Below are positions 10,445 through 26,484 of a stretch of 64,000 nucleotides of DNA, piece by piece; position 1 is the stretch's first letter; every line of letters begins with the position of its first letter. The position numbers and the translations under genes are program-made. The stretch comes from Takakia lepidozioides (Eukaryota > Plantae > Bryophyta). Location of the stretch: contig CM060734.1 in NCBI GenBank assembly GCA_030704615.1, positions 13,144,001 to 13,208,000 on the forward strand, given 5' to 3'. The notes under the pieces were generated by a model. The model was not told the DNA's origin. It was given only the letters and a program-made list of their open reading frames with translations, and ran no database searches.

Positions 10445-12991
10445 ATCCTGTGTCGAAGGGAAGTTGCAGGGATAGCGTGGACATCGCTACAAATCTGCTG
10501 AAGCAGGAGTTCCACAATGCCCCTTGTGCAACACCTTCTGCTATAGCGCTTGCAGCTAGCAAGGCATTCTTGGAAAAACACATACTGGGTGAAGGGGATG
10601 CGACACAACCAATGTTGGATGCAAATTTGCTTGATGCAGTGATGGACCATTTCTCCGTGTTGAGCTCTCCCAATATTCGAAACCAGATGAATGCACTCAG
10701 AATGGGCACAGATAGTGCTGGATTCATGGACAACATTATGGACCTCAAACGGAGGAGTCGCTATGAATTCATTCAAAACAGTATCTTCCCTGGCCAGGGT
10801 CCGTCCAAGGTGTATTTGTTCAAGATGTCCACAGTGGGCGAAGGTAGTGGTGTGAGCATAGTCCGCCGAATGCAACCTGGAGGAGATTTGGCAAAATGTT
10901 GGTTAATGTTTGATCACTGCAAACGGGTGAAGGGTTGGACAACCATGGCATGCCATGTGTACGTCCAGCGTACCAGCGTGTGCTCTCCATAGCAATTTGT
11001 GATATGCAGTCGGAGGACACTGAATCCCAGATGCTCATGTGGAATTCTCTCCTGGCCGTCATGCAGCGCAATGGAATGCATAACACAAATTTTGCGGGCT
11101 TCATGGCTGATAGTGCACAGGCAAATTTCAATGTAGTGCGGCGCGTCTTTGGTTCGGGGGATCCTAAGGTCCCAATGGAAAATAGGGGGCGCACATGCCT
11201 CTTCCATTGGAGTCAATCTCTGGCACGTCATACAAAGCGCTGCATTCGCCCCGACCTTCAGTTGGAGCACAGAAGGCTCTGCCTCAAGTACAAAAATGCC
11301 ACCTCAATGGGAGAAGCTGAGAGCACTTACCAAGCAATCCGGGCTTGGTGGTTCTCCTCTGGTGCTGCTACTGGTATCCACCTGAAGGAGTTGGAGGACT
11401 GGTTGGTTTTCTGGCATTTCAGGTACAGACAGTGGGGAGCTTTCATGATGACGGTAAGCCTCTTCAATCCCAGAAACACAAATTTCACTTTGCATCGTGC
11501 CTGTTCCTTTGGGGTTTTTGGATTGTCACTTGCAGAACCTCTTCCATTTCTTTTCGTTCCTCACATTTGCATGCAATGCCTCCTGCAGGACATGTCTTTG
11601 GAGGACTTGGCCAACATGCCTTCCTGTAATTTGGCGGAGACTATTCACAATGCCTGGATGCAGCAGTCTACCAAAGCAAGACGTGACTTGTATGTGGCCA
11701 CTGCAGATGACATGGTGCGGGCACTTACACAACAAACCAGGTACCGCAATTTTCTGATGGGACGGGGTGGAGGCAAGGGCCCTGATACGACTTTGTTGAT
11801 GCTAAGGGTTGCGAGCAGGTCCGGAGACCCATCGAAGATGGCTAGAGCTCTGAACAGGTGCACTGAAGGCTCACCTTTGCAATCCAGGGTCCCCCATTTG
11901 GAAGGCGAGGAAACATTTGGATCATGCAAAAGGAAATTGAACACTCCTCCAGGGTCGGATGGAGTTTCCCATCGGCCGGATAGGGTCAATTTCTCTGTAC
12001 CAAAGGTGTCTCCGGTGCAGACTAAGTCGTGTGCCCGCCCCTTCCCAGGTGGGTCCTCTTCCAGTGGAGCAGGTGCAAATCATGCAAGCACAGCAGTAGG
12101 AATCCCATTGGAGGAGGTGGTGTCCTTGGTGCATGAATCTGATTGCATTGACAGTGAGTGGTATATAGAACGCACCCCACCAGGATCTAGAGTGGCTTGC
12201 GTGGCAATTCGGACCCCCTCTTTCAAGAAATGCAAATAAAAAAATATACAAAGGCTCCAGGGGGACTCCAGCTCCACATTCACAGGGTTGTTCCGACCTT
12301 ATCATAGTGGGGAGTCAAAGGACCACAAGTGTTGGTTCTGCCCAGACGATATGGCACGATGCGTCAAGGAAACAGTTCGTCCTTCGGTGAAAATGAAGCC
12401 CCCTCCGCCCGCAATTTGGCCTGTGAAACTTGGGACGTCGCTGTCATCAACCGAGATAAGCATGCTGGACGAGGGAGGGTTCCGTCTTGCACGGTCCCGG
12501 GTGGTGCCCTCATGCACTCTGGGCCACATGCTCCGGCAATGCCTCCACCTGGTGCCGACTCCCACCCAACAAAAAGAGATGGAAAAACAGTGCGCCGTGT
12601 CGCTTCGGGTGTAGATCACGACTGCAAGATGGAATCGGCTAGAATTTTGCAGGCTCGGGTGACTCGTATCACCGAAGTCCCTGCCCCGGGGTATGGATGG
12701 ATTTACACAGTGTTGTCTACTGGCTCAGTTCTTCATGGCAAAGAATATCAGGTTACCGTGGGGAATTTCCCTATGTGCACTTGTCCGGATTTTGTAACGA
12801 TGCGTGAGGGCGCTCTCGGCATGAGAGGGAAGTGGGTCCCCTGCAAGCATCAATATTACATATACCTTGTAATTATGTGCTGCGACGGTAAGAGAGACCA
12901 ATTCATTCACCAAGCCACACTAGGCTACGGAGAAGTCATCACCCTTCTGCAGCGGGACACCTCGCGTAGGGCTCCGCCAGATTCTCTTTGA
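10445..12991 (+). pseudogene. MULE-type DDE transposase with SWIM finger (copy B), 5'-truncated
   Basis: HPVSKG..MFDHCKRV..FMADSAQ..CLFHW..NLAETIH..CTCPDF..CKH. Intron 11454-11588 at the same position as in copies A and C. Confidence 0.88.
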
Positions 12992-13374
12992 ACACATACG
13001 AGCCATACCCACTTCCCATGCTGGTTTCCAGGTTACCGTGTGAAGACTTTGCATTTAGGACAAACCCATACATTTCGTTCACGGATTCAGGGCAATTGCA
13101 CATGCCATTCATTGTAAGCGTCTATCTGTGAATTGAAATAAAGTGTGTCAATCATTCCGAGCTCAAATCTGCCATATTTTCATATTCCTCTTTTTGTGCA
13201 GGCATTGCAGACATGGTGCATGGTGGCCCCTTTTGTTTTGTCCACGGTAATAGGCCCTCTTCCTGCAATCCTCGCCTATAGGACCTGCTTCTCCAGCAGA
13301 TTTGTGCCGCTCAAGGGGCTGGGCTCACTCCGTAGCTACGCTGCATCACAGACTGAGGTGCTTATGCATACAAA

Positions 13375-14780
13375 GTCATGCCTTTTGGACTTTGTAATGC
13401 ACCAGCAACTTTTCAGAGAGTGATAAGTGAATCCTTCCATGAGTATCTGGATGATTTCATGCAAGTGTTCTTAGATGACTTCAGTGTGTACAGCTCTAAG
13501 AATGAGCACTTGCAGAAGTTGGAATTATGTTTGGCCAGATGCACGATGAGAGGTCTTGGTCTGAATCCGGAAAAGTGTACTTTTTGTGTGAACTCAGGGG
13601 TCCTACTAGGACACATTGTGTGTAAGAAGGGACTGCTTGTGGATCCTAGAAAGACAGAGGCTATTAGAGCCTCATCCCCACCAAGTAACATTAGGGGTCT
13701 AAAGAGGTTCCTTGGACAAACTACTTATTATAGAAGGTTTGTCAGATGATATGCACATATGGCAGCCCCATTGAGCAAGCTTTTGAAGAAGGATGCAGTG
13801 TTTGCATGGACAACTGAATGTCAACAGACATTTGAAGCACTTACATTGTCAGTAACAACTACACCTGTGTTGATTAGCCCTCACTGGCATGTAGTATTTC
13901 ATGTACACTGTGATGCCTCAGGAGAAGCATTGGGAGCTGTATTAGCCCAGAATGTCACAGGAAATATAGATTCACTTGTGTACTATGTTAACAGATTGTT
14001 GAACAGTGCGGAGAGGAACTATAGCACTACTGAAAGAGAAGTTTTGGCAATGATTTATGCAGTTAAGAAATTCAGGCATTACCTATTGGGAAGGAAGTTT
14101 ATGGATCATCAAGCTTTGATTTATTTGGTGAACAAGCCTTTGATAAGTGGCAGGATAGCAAAATGGATGATAATCTTGCACGAGTTTGAATTCGAAGTTG
14201 TTTACAAGCCTGGCCGTTTGCATCTTGTGGCAGATCACTTGTCACACCTATCAACAGGAGAGCCCGCCACGGGAGTAGACGACTAGTTGCCTGATGCGAG
14301 TTTATTTGCAGTGGAGGTGCAGGGAAGTGCAGATGATTGGTTAGATTAGCAGTGGCCAATCAGATACTACCTTACTCATGGTCAGTACCTATCCAGTTAT
14401 GGGAAGGAATAGAGGAAGAGAATAGCTATCAAGGCTTTACCCTACACTATGATAGGTGGCAGATTGTATAAGCTAGGACCTGATGGGTTTCTTAAACGAT
14501 GCTTGTACCACCATGAAGTAAATAAAGTTTTGGAAGAAGTTCATAAAGGAGTGGCTGGAGGACATTTTGGAGAGGAGACTACCAGTAGAAAGATACTACT
14601 TGCAGGATACTGGTGGCCTACTCTGTTCAAGGATGTACACTAGTATTGCAAGAATTGTCATGAGTGTCAGAGGATAGGACCTTTGCAAAGATCTGGGAAG
14701 ATGGGTTTGCATCCTACGATGCCTACTGAACCATTTCAGAAATGGGGACTAGACTTTGTTGGACCAATTAATCCAAAAAA
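13375..14780 (+). mobile_element. Ty3/Gypsy pol fragment (RT C-half, RNase H, integrase Zn domain and start of core), decayed
   Basis: MPFGLCNAPATFQR, FLDD, HCDAS, ERNYSTTERE, H..GGHFG..YWWP..C..CQ, PFQKWGLDFVGP. RT-RH-INT order. Confidence 0.9.
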
Positions 14781-16961
14781 CAACCCCCATTTGGAGGTGG
14801 TGATGGACCTGAAACTCTTGAGAGGGGATTTGGGCAGTAAAGACCACACTAATGGTATCAAATAAAAGCTTAGAAGAAACACACTGAAACCCTTGTAAGG
14901 AATGTTGACAGCAAATGGGAAAAGGCGAGGAGACCTCCTCGCAACGGCACAGTCGGGGGCGGGAGCCATGGCTAAAAATAGAGGCCATGGAAAAGTAGTG
15001 AATCCACCATAGAGAGATGAAAGAATCATAAAGGCTAAAAGTATAGGAAAACCCTAGAGAATAAGTCATGGTTATAGAATTTGACGACAATTGCAAGAGG
15101 GCGGAGCTCCGCCCTCGAACCCAACACAGAATTGAGTTGCATAGGAGAAAACAGGAGAGCAGGCGGAGGAGAGAATAGAGGTTAGCACGATCTGCGAGAC
15201 GAAACAACAGAATAGGGGAGGGAATGGCAATGACACAAAGGAGAGCTGAACTGATGATAGACGTGGCTCATGAGGAGTCGCGACCATAAATAAAAACGCG
15301 ACCATAAATAAAAGCGGCCATTCGCATGAGCGCCCGCATCGGACGGGCTGAGACGACAGGGGAGCGATGTACGTATGTACATCGTATCTGAATATGATGT
15401 ACGGCTAATCGCATACCTGATGGCCGACCGAAATGGGGAACGCAAATATTGCAGGGAACGGGGGAGCAGGAAAGGAAAAGGCGAGTGACAGAGAGGGGAC
15501 CAGCTAGACAGCGGAGCGCAGAGAAACAAGGGCTGAATACAATGAACGGGTACCAACTTCAATCACTGATAAGACCATTTTGTTGCAACCACAACTACAA
15601 TAACAATAGCCTGTTGCATGCACAAGTGGAACACATTTCAAGCACATGAAGAGAACATGAATACAACAAGAATGTATCCGAAATGAGCCATACTGGAAAG
15701 AATCGGATTGTTAGTCATACCACCTTGTAGCCAGCACATTGAAGATACCATGTGTTCTGTGTGAGGTAGCTGAATCAAACTGTCGACTACAAACATTTCG
15801 TTTGTCCAGGCTTATATTCATCCACGATGTTGTCGTTTTATCCACTTGACAGCAATACAACCGTCACAATGGATGAAAATAGCAATGATGGCTGATGAGA
15901 AACAGGGTTCCCTAGAGTGTCCAGCCCTACTTACCTCTGACGGATAGGGCTGCCAGTCACTTCAATAATTCATTTTTTCTTTTGTCTTTTTTCCTTTGAC
16001 TAAACAGATTGGTCAACCATGAGCGTGCACCGTTATTCATCCTATGTTCGTCCGGGGGGGAGAGTATTACATCCCGTACAAGAATGGATGGAGGCCGCAC
16101 TGCATCCACTTCATCCACGTAGACTTTGCAAGGCATAAGAGGCTGCAGCTTTTTCCATCAGACGAAACAGGATGTGGAGCGGCGCAGGACAGCTGGTGAG
16201 TCAGAGGGCGTAAAAGTAAAGTACAGTAAGTAAAGTCACGTCCTTCCTACACGGCCAAGGAAGGAAGTCTAATAATCATAGTTTAAAAACTTTGAAATAG
16301 GCTTCGCACAAAGTTTGCTTTTGAATGGACGGACCAGATTGGGGGATGGTGCCACGTGTGAGCATCGACGTAGGCGACGGCTGCTTTATGACTCTCAGAG
16401 TGCAACATGGGGGCCAATGTGTCTTGTTTGGCTGTTGTTGTTGTAGTGGAGTGTGCGCATCGCTGTGGTCTGCAATCTCCCACGTCTCCACGATTTTGCG
16501 AGGTATTCGTCTCTGCAGGATCTGCATTGTCGTGTTCCTTGGTGTGTTGATGGTGAAGCCGGTGATTTTGTGCTTTCCTGCCGTTGCTGCATTGTTTTTT
16601 CCTGAGTTGGTGAGAAGAAAGGTGGTGTGGAAATAGAGGTAGAACAGCAGCTCTCATGCGGTGGTTTTAGGTGTTGTTTCCGTCTTTTGCATTGTTTTTT
16701 GCAATGTGTACTTGTTGTATTCGCTGCGGCGAGCATTGCGAACTCCATTTTGTTGTGCTTAGGACGTAAGATTTTGAGTGTAGCTCCTCTGCTCTCTCAG
16801 CCTTCTCTAGATTTTAACTTATCATGACGTGAAGAGATTGGTGACCAGTTTCTTAAGGCAGTATGACACTCTCCGAATCTCCGTGAGGCAGATCTCAGCA
16901 TCAGATGACAGCTGTCGCCCAGACTTGGACTGTCTTCCAATGCCCTGTTCGCTTTGTATGA

Positions 16962-18701
<1,740 letters not shown>

Positions 18702-18755
18702 GGAACTACCTATGTGCCTCTTTTTGTTGACTATTCATGTTTTGAAAGGGCTAGT

Positions 18756-19031
18756 TATTGAAATGATAGATAATCTCATCCATAATTCTAGGTTTCATCT
18801 GATATGGTGAATAGACACAACTCTTGAAGTATCAAGGATTAGGGTTACACCGATTGGTCAACTGGAAGGTTACAACGGTTACTTTTTGGTTGTAGCTAAG
18901 TTCTTTGTCTTCTTCGTACAGTGAAGAAGTGTAATTATTATTACAGAAGAATATCTAGATCCATGTTTTTCGTGACTCTCTTTAATTACATGCAATGATG
19001 TATGAGAGTAGATCCTGTGTAGTTTGTTACA
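18756..19031 (+). repeat. Copia 5' LTR
   Basis: TATTGAAA...TGTTACA, directly followed by the PBS. Confidence 0.95.
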
Positions 19032-22000
19032 TGGTATCGGAGCTAGATTAGAGTAAAAGATAGAGATGAGCATTCTCTTTCTAATAAGAAAGATGATGGG
19101 CTCATTCTCTAGTAGATTCAAAGAAAACATAGATACAATATTCTCATGTGGAATGTGTTCGTTCTCTTATCTTCCGAGTCCTTCATCAATATGATTGAGG
19201 ATTAAGAGATATCAAAAAGGAAGGGGTAAGCAGTTCTACTGGGTTGTGGTACTAGCCTGATCCAACGATCAGTGCACACCATCAACCATAAGATCAGTGC
19301 ACACCATCAACCATAAGCACTGCTGGTCCGTGGTACTAATCTGATCTAACAATCAGAGTCTACCATGGCAACGGTACCTTTTGAGCATCGTTCCATATTG
19401 ATTGAAAAACTAAATGGCACAAATTTCACAATTTGGAAAATGAAAGTTGAAATTCTGTTGCTAAGAAATGATTTACTGAATGTAGTAAAAGGTGTTGATC
19501 AAGACCCAGGGTCAGATATCCTGATGAGCAGAAGGCCTTCTTAACGAGTAGAAGGCTTGGCAATTTAAAAACGCTAGAGTCAAGTGTGACATCCTTCTGA
19601 ACTGCGGAGACAGTCAGTTAGCGATGGTCAGAAAACTTGATACGGCCAGTGAAGTTTCAGAATACTTTGATACGGCCAGTGAAGTTTGGGAATACTTCAC
19701 GAGGCTCTATGAACATATTGATAGAGCCACGCAATTAATGCTTAAGAAAAAATTCATGGGAATGGAAATGAAGGAAGGAATTAATGCTTAAGAAGAAATT
19801 CATGGGAATGGAAATGAAGGAAGGAGAACCTGTTACAGCATTCTTGGAATCATTCCAAGGCATGTTAAACCAAAAAGTATGACGCCTCCCCAAGGGAGCG
19901 TAACTTATGGTGTCGCCTTCCAACAAGAAGGTGGACACCTTCATGACGGTGGTTTGAAACCACAACCACATCCAACGTGGTATGTGCCCATTACCACTGG
20001 GCCATATGCTGGTTGTCGGCATGTTAAACCACATGGTTGCAGCGGGTTTGGAGATCTCAGATGATGAGGCTGTAATACAACTCCTATCAAATTTGCCTCC
20101 TTCATGGCGGTCGTTTGTAACAACCGTGGGCAACAACCCTGAACTGTCTTATCCAACGTTATGTGGAAGACTACAACATGAAGAAGCCATGAATAGTAGT
20201 TCCTCGAGAAAAGGGAACGCATCATCTTCAGCATTTTACACAAGCCATCCAGGCAATAAAGACAAAAGGTGGAACAAAGGCAACTATCAGAGTCAAAATG
20301 GATTCGGTCAAAAATCCAACAAGAGAAATCAAGAGGGAAGTGGATGCTCCTCTAATGTTCGAAATGACTCCAAAAGAAAGAAATGACCTTGTTTCTATTG
20401 TCGTAAGAAGGGGCACATCGCTGCTGAATGCAAAATTAAGGCAGCAGATAGAGCCAACGGGATATTTAAGTCCCAAGCAAATACGGCAAATTCTAGTGAT
20501 TCAATTGGTATTCAGTTGTTTACTACTTGTTTGTCTGTTGGCACCATTTCTAAAGATACATGGTATCTGGACTCTGGTTCAATTGGTATTCAGTTGTTTA
20601 CTGCTTGTTTGTCTGTTGGCACCATTTCTAAAGATACATGGTATCTGGACTCTGGTGCGTCCCAGCATATGTCTCCTCACAGAGAGTGGTTCAGTTCCTA
20701 TAAACTTTTTGATTCTCCCATACCAATATATCTGGGAGATGATAGTACTCAACAAGCTGTAGGACAGGGCACAGTAACAATCAGTACTACATCAGGATTG
20801 AGAACCGAAGTACAAGACGTGCTTCATGTACCAGGGTTGAAAAATAATTTGTTGTCCGTTGGTAAATCGACTCAAGCTGCTTCGAGTTTACACTAGATAA
20901 GTGTACCATAAGAAGGGCAGGGAATCCGACTGCCATCACTTGTTCATTGCAGGGTGCACTATACCCAGTTGGTGTTGGTGTTTCTGCATCAGAGTGTGGT
21001 CTCTCCATACTAACAAAAGAGGAAGATCAGGCTCTACTATGGCATCAGAGATTGGGTCACTTAAATTTGAAAACCATAAAAGACATGCAAAGTAAAGAAA
21101 TGGTTATCGGTTTAAGTGGACAAAAAGGAGAATTGTCTGTATGCCAGAGTTGTATGGCAGGGAAGCAAACATCGCCAAGCATTTCCACAAGGTGGAGGTA
21201 CTCGTGCAACTGATGTGCTCGAAATTATTCATTTAGACATATGCGGTCCCATGCAAACTCAAGCAATGGGAGGAGCAAGGTATTTTGCTACATTTATAGA
21301 TGACAAATCACGCTTCACAGTAATTTATTTTTTTAAACATAAGAATGAAGTGTTTGATAAGTTCTTGATCTATAAAGCATATGCTGAAAAACAAACAAGA
21401 AAGAACATCAAAGTTTTTCGATCAGACGGCAGTGGTGAACATACATCGAATGAGTTTAATCAATTCTGTGAACACAATGGGATTGTGCATCAATTCACTA
21501 CTGCCTATACTCCACAACAAAATGGGGTTTAACCCCAGTTGAAAGTGCACGATGTATGCTCAAGTTGGCAAAACTGCCAAAGACTTTTTGGGCAGAGGTA
21601 GAGGTAGTGGTACTGCCTGCTATCGCCAAAATCGGTCTCTCACATCCTCAGTGTCAAATGCTACCCCATTTGAGGTGTGGCATGGTAGAAAACCCGATTT
21701 AAGCAATCTTAGGGTTTTTGGGTGTCCAGCTCATATTCATGTCCCGGATGAACTGAGAAAGAAGTGGGATTACAAAAGTTTCCCATGCACACTAATTGGG
21801 TATGGAGAACAAGAAGGGGTAAAGGCTTATAAAGTCTATGATAAAGAAACCAAAAAGATGCTTTTAAGCCGTGATGTCATCTTTGATGAAAAATCATTGG
21901 TTCGTGTTGAAGGGAGAGATATAACTCCTACCGCTACTCAATTCCCCAAGATACCCATAGATACTACCTCTGAATGTTCAAAGGAACATGAAGAAACGGA

Positions 22001-23912
22001 GTATGAATATGATGAGACAATTGGTCTTGTCACACCTAATGTGGAACAATCAAGGCTGGCACAACAAGGTTCAACACCTCAAGGCCAGAACCTAGAAGTT
22101 CAGTCAACTGAAGGTGGTTATCCTCCTACGTCAAGTACAGAGGAGAGTATTGGTATGTTGTTACCACATGATCCATTTGGACATGAGACAACAAGGTCCA
22201 CGATAGAAGAAAGAGAAAGCGAATCAACATTACAAGTTGATCAACAAAATTTACTTAGGTCTACTTGGACAAGGACACTGTCCTTAAAATTAGAAGAGTC
22301 TCTCAGCAACGCTTATGCTTTTCTTACACAGATTGATGAGCCTTCCACAATAGCAGAGGCTTTGTCTGGACCTAATGCAGATAAGTGACAAGGCTCTTGA
22401 TTCTGAGTACGACTCTCTTATAAAGAACAGAACGTGGACTTTGGTAGATCCTCCAGCAAACAAATCTATTGTCAGCTGTAAGTGGGTCTTAAGAAAGAAG
22501 TACAATGTTGACGTTCAATAGCTCGTTTCAAAGCAAGATTGGTAGCACGCGGATATTCTCAAACCGAAGGTATTGATTATCATGAGACATTCTCTCCGGT
22601 GATAAGAATGACCTCTTTACGAACAATCTTCTCTTTAGCTGCTAACCTAGATCTGGAAATACACCAGATGGATGTTAAGACTGCGTTCTTAAATGGTTAT
22701 CTAAAGGAGGAGATTTATATGAAACAGCCTGAAGGCTATGTCAAAGCGGGAAAAGAAACTAAGGTTTGTAGGCTACTAAAAACACTTTATGGCCTCAAAC
22801 AATCCCCAAGGGCATGGTATGAGCGAGTAGATTCTTATCTATTGAAATCTGGTTTTGCTAAAAATCCAGCAGATTCGAACGTCTATGTTAAGCGCCATCA
22901 AGCTTCTTTTGTATTGTTAGGTTGTGTTGATGACTGCATCATTGCTGGAAACGATTTGAAATTTCTAAAAGCAACAAAATCGGAGTTGTCAAGTGAGTTT
23001 GAGATGACAGATAATGGTCTTATTGAGTATTATCTCGACATACAAGTATCTAGGGATAGAAGAAAAAGAATAATTCATTTATCTCAAGAAAAGTATATAC
23101 GAGATACACTTAAGAAATTCAATATGGAATTATGTAAAGCTATCTCTACACCAATGGAACCAGGAAGTAAGCTTTCAAAGGAAATGACTCCTGAAAGTAA
23201 ATCTGAGCAAGAAGAGATGGTAGATATTCCTTATTCGAGTGCTGTGGGCAGCCTGTAAGTCAGGTTTCACAATTTATGGCAAATCCTGGAAAACAACATT
23301 GGCTTGCTATAAAGCGGCTTTTCAGGTATCTTCAAGCCACTATAACTTTTGGACTTAGATACGGGATTCAAGTTGAGACTTCACCAGCAAATACTATTCA
23401 AGGATGGTGTGACGCTGATTGGGCAACAGATGTAGACAATCATCGTTCTGTCACAAGTTATATATTTTGCATGAATGGAGGAGCGATATCGTGAACAACC
23501 CACTATAGCTCTCTCGAGTACCGAGGCAGTGTATATTGCTGCTGCACATGCAACTAAGGAAGCAATATGGCTTAGGCAGTTAATTAGTGGACTTGAGTCT
23601 TGGATTCCCAAGCTCAAAAGCTACGGTCTTATGTTGTGATAATCAGTCGTGTATAGCTTTGACAAAGAATCCAAGGTTTCACGATCGGTCAAAGCATATA
23701 GAACTTAGATATCACTTTATAAGAGAAAAAGTAGAAACTAGTCAGATAGAACTAGTTTACTGTAGCACTAATGAGATGCTAGCTGATGCTTTAACTAAGG
23801 CTCTTCCGAAGCCCAAGTATGAGTATTGCAGAGAGGCATTTGGAGTGCTTAGCTTTTAGAAAATTTACTATCAGATTGACAAAGTCTAGATTATGGATAG
23901 ATTAAGGGGGGG

Positions 23913-24187
23913 TATTGAAATGATAGATAATCTCATCCATAATTCTAGGTTTCATCTGATATGGTGAATAGACACAACTCTCGAAGTATCAAGGATTAGG
24001 GTTACACCGATTGGTCAATTGGAAGGTTACAACGGTTACTTTGAACAGTTGTAGCTAAGTTCTTTGTCTTCTTACAAAGAAGAAGTGTAATTATTATTAC
24101 AGAAGAATATCTAGATCCATGTTTTTCCTCACTCTCTCTAATTACATGCAATGATGTATGAGAGTAGATCCTGTGTAATTTGTTACA
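23913..24187 (+). repeat. Copia 3' LTR
   Basis: Near-identical to the 5' LTR; preceded by the PPT and followed by the TSD. Confidence 0.95.
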
Positions 24188-24615
24188 CTAGTCTCATATA
24201 GGATGTCTGCAGTCAGAAATACATTAGAGGTCACGTTTTCTAGTCTTAAGATGCTGTCCAAGGTGGATATTCTGATGTGTATACTAAAAAAACGTTATGA
24301 GTTGTGTAACTGATGTTTAAATTCTTCTGGTCATGGCATGTGGGCCATTATGGCATGTAGACCATTTTTACAGTTGAACATCTAGAGTGCAAGTGATCTT
24401 GTAGGGATGCTCTTCACGTGGGATTTTTTGCCAGAGATGCTTGAGAAGTTATATTGGATGAACATTCTGATGCTTCAGTTGTTGATTATTGCCTACGTCG
24501 GCACTTTGAGTGCGGTTGATGTGTTTTCAATGGCTGATTCCCTGATGGTTTGTGTTGATTTTGACACAACCCAGTTCAGCAGATTCTACATATAAGTAGT
24601 GAGAGCATGACCAGC

Positions 24616-24898
24616 AGTCCCTCGCTAAACTGCCGCTCTATCACTATTTCAGTGAGGCCTATGGTGAGGCACGCAAACTAGATACTGCGTGGGCTGGCAA
24701 GAGCCCCAGCGGCAAACCACCATATCCATAGTTGAGTAACGGCATGGGGCATGTGGGCCCCGCCACCCGACCCCCCCCCCACTTGTCAGTACATGTGAGG
24801 CTGAGTTGTTGTAAGGGGCAGCGGATCCTGTCGTTGTTTTGTGGGAGCGGCGTGCTGTAGACAGTGCGGGAGTGGGACGAAATTTAGCGAGGGTCACT
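24616..24898. mobile_element. Possible MITE
   Basis: Inverted 11-mer CCCTCGCTAAA (24619) / TTTAGCGAGGG (24883) bracketing a GC-rich island. No clear TSD. Confidence 0.3.
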
Positions 24899-25940
24899 AT
24901 TTTGAAGTGCGAGAATGTGCTGTTGGGGATGTGCGATCCCGTCCAAAATTGGCGGCTGCGCTATTTTGAAGATAGAGCGCCCAAAAACCCTGCTGTTGGT
25001 CATGCTCTAATAGTTCTCATGTTATCGCATGGAGGACAGGTTATTAGGCCTCGTCCTTTCTTAGTTTCATGGAGGCATAAATTGCACTTAGTTTAAGTGA
25101 TATCCAACATGACTGAGTTTTCTAGTTACTTTTGAAAATATGACAGAATATCAGTATTGTTGTTGTACCCACTGTTGGCTACCTTACAGAGGGATATCTC
25201 GGAAAGCCAAAAATCCTCAAACAAAGCTCAGATTTTACCTTTCAGAAAGGCTGAATTCCATAAGCTTTGAAAGATGATATTTTTCTGTTCGAAGCTTTGA
25301 CGTCTCTCTTGACTGTTTAACCTAGGGAGCTTCCTCTCCTTTGTGTATCTTCTTCTTGGCTATGGGTGGGCGGTTACGTATCCCCAGCAGCAGCTGTCGC
25401 TAAGGTAGTAACTAGTAACACCCAAATGTAAGCATGTCTTGAAATGGACCCATATTTTTGGGCTGTAAAATGGTTCATACACCCCTTAAATGGCAACATT
25501 GTATTCAGTGGGCTAAATTGGATGCACTTATGGCAGACTGGGCTACGTGTAGATTTGTTACGTGACCATACGCGTACAAAATACTATACCAAGTGTATTT
25601 TGATTGGGGCTGCAGCTGATGATTCGGTGCACGCGCGTTGTTATTTAATTAACCCTGTATCAAGGCCAGAGTGGGGTTAGATTTGCAGCCATTCCTTTTC
25701 ATTTAGTATTGGACGGCTACTCAAATTCAAATTCATAGGGGGCCATTTGAAACCCGCGCTGCAAGTATATAAGGACTACTATACACATATCTCACTAACT
25801 GCAGTGCACTATCTATGAGCCCGGAGCGTAGATTAGAGATGATTTTCGGATTAGTTTAGGCCTAGTGCAAACTTAAGATAGTTGCTAGTTCACTTGCAAG
25901 GATTCAGTTCGAGAGGGGAAGTGTGTTTGCTACAGTAGCC

Positions 25941-26482
25941 ATGGACCTCAATTTTAGGCCTTCCCAAGCTTTCCGATTATTGTCAAACACTGAGGTAGAT
26001 GAGACTACCAACATAGTAGAGATTGACAACCATTCAAGTGACTTTGATCATGCATACAATGAGCATTATGGACATTCAAATGAGGGCAGTCAAAGTGAAG
26101 ACGAGGATGATCAGAATTTTCAATGGGGCCAAGGGGAGGATTCCAATGTTGAATTTCAAGTCGGTCATAGATTTACAGAGGAGTTTCCACATGAAGTGGT
26201 GATCGATACAACTACACATCCAATAAGAGGACCATCAGATTCAGCTGATTTCCATGTGGAGAGTAATGAAGAAGTTCCTGTTGCAGCAACGGAATACTAG
26301 ATGCCAAGGTGAGGATGAACTAGTGAAGTACATCGAAAAAATGCAGGATATTGGACACCCATTGACATTGACCCAACTCCGTCTGAAGGTAGCAGAATTT
26401 ACTCAAGAACGGCTCACATCTTCTACACAAGGGATCCCTGGCTGGGGGTGGGTGAGATGGTTCAGGTCCAGACATCCACACC
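25941..26482 (+). pseudogene. pogo/Tc5-like transposase N-terminal fragment (CENP-B-type HTH)
   Basis: EDELVKYIEKMQDIGHPLTLTQLRLKVAEFTQER..GIPGWGWVRWFRSRHP, cut off abruptly at ~26483. Confidence 0.7.
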
Positions 26483-26484
26483 CC

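Larger units (their letters stand above)
18756..24187 (+). mobile_element. Full-length, decayed Ty1/Copia LTR retrotransposon
   Basis: Two LTRs; TSD CTAGT (18751-55 and 24188-92); PBS TGGTATCGGAGC at 19032; PPT ending at 23912. gag, PR (WYLDSGAS), INT, RT (QMDVKTAFL, LYGLKQ) and RH (KHIELRYH) in Copia order. Confidence 0.97.

Noticed and set aside
14800-15560. Possible element end or promoter with short GCGACCATAAATAAAA repeats
   Set aside because: No boundaries, TSD or coding signal that I can support.
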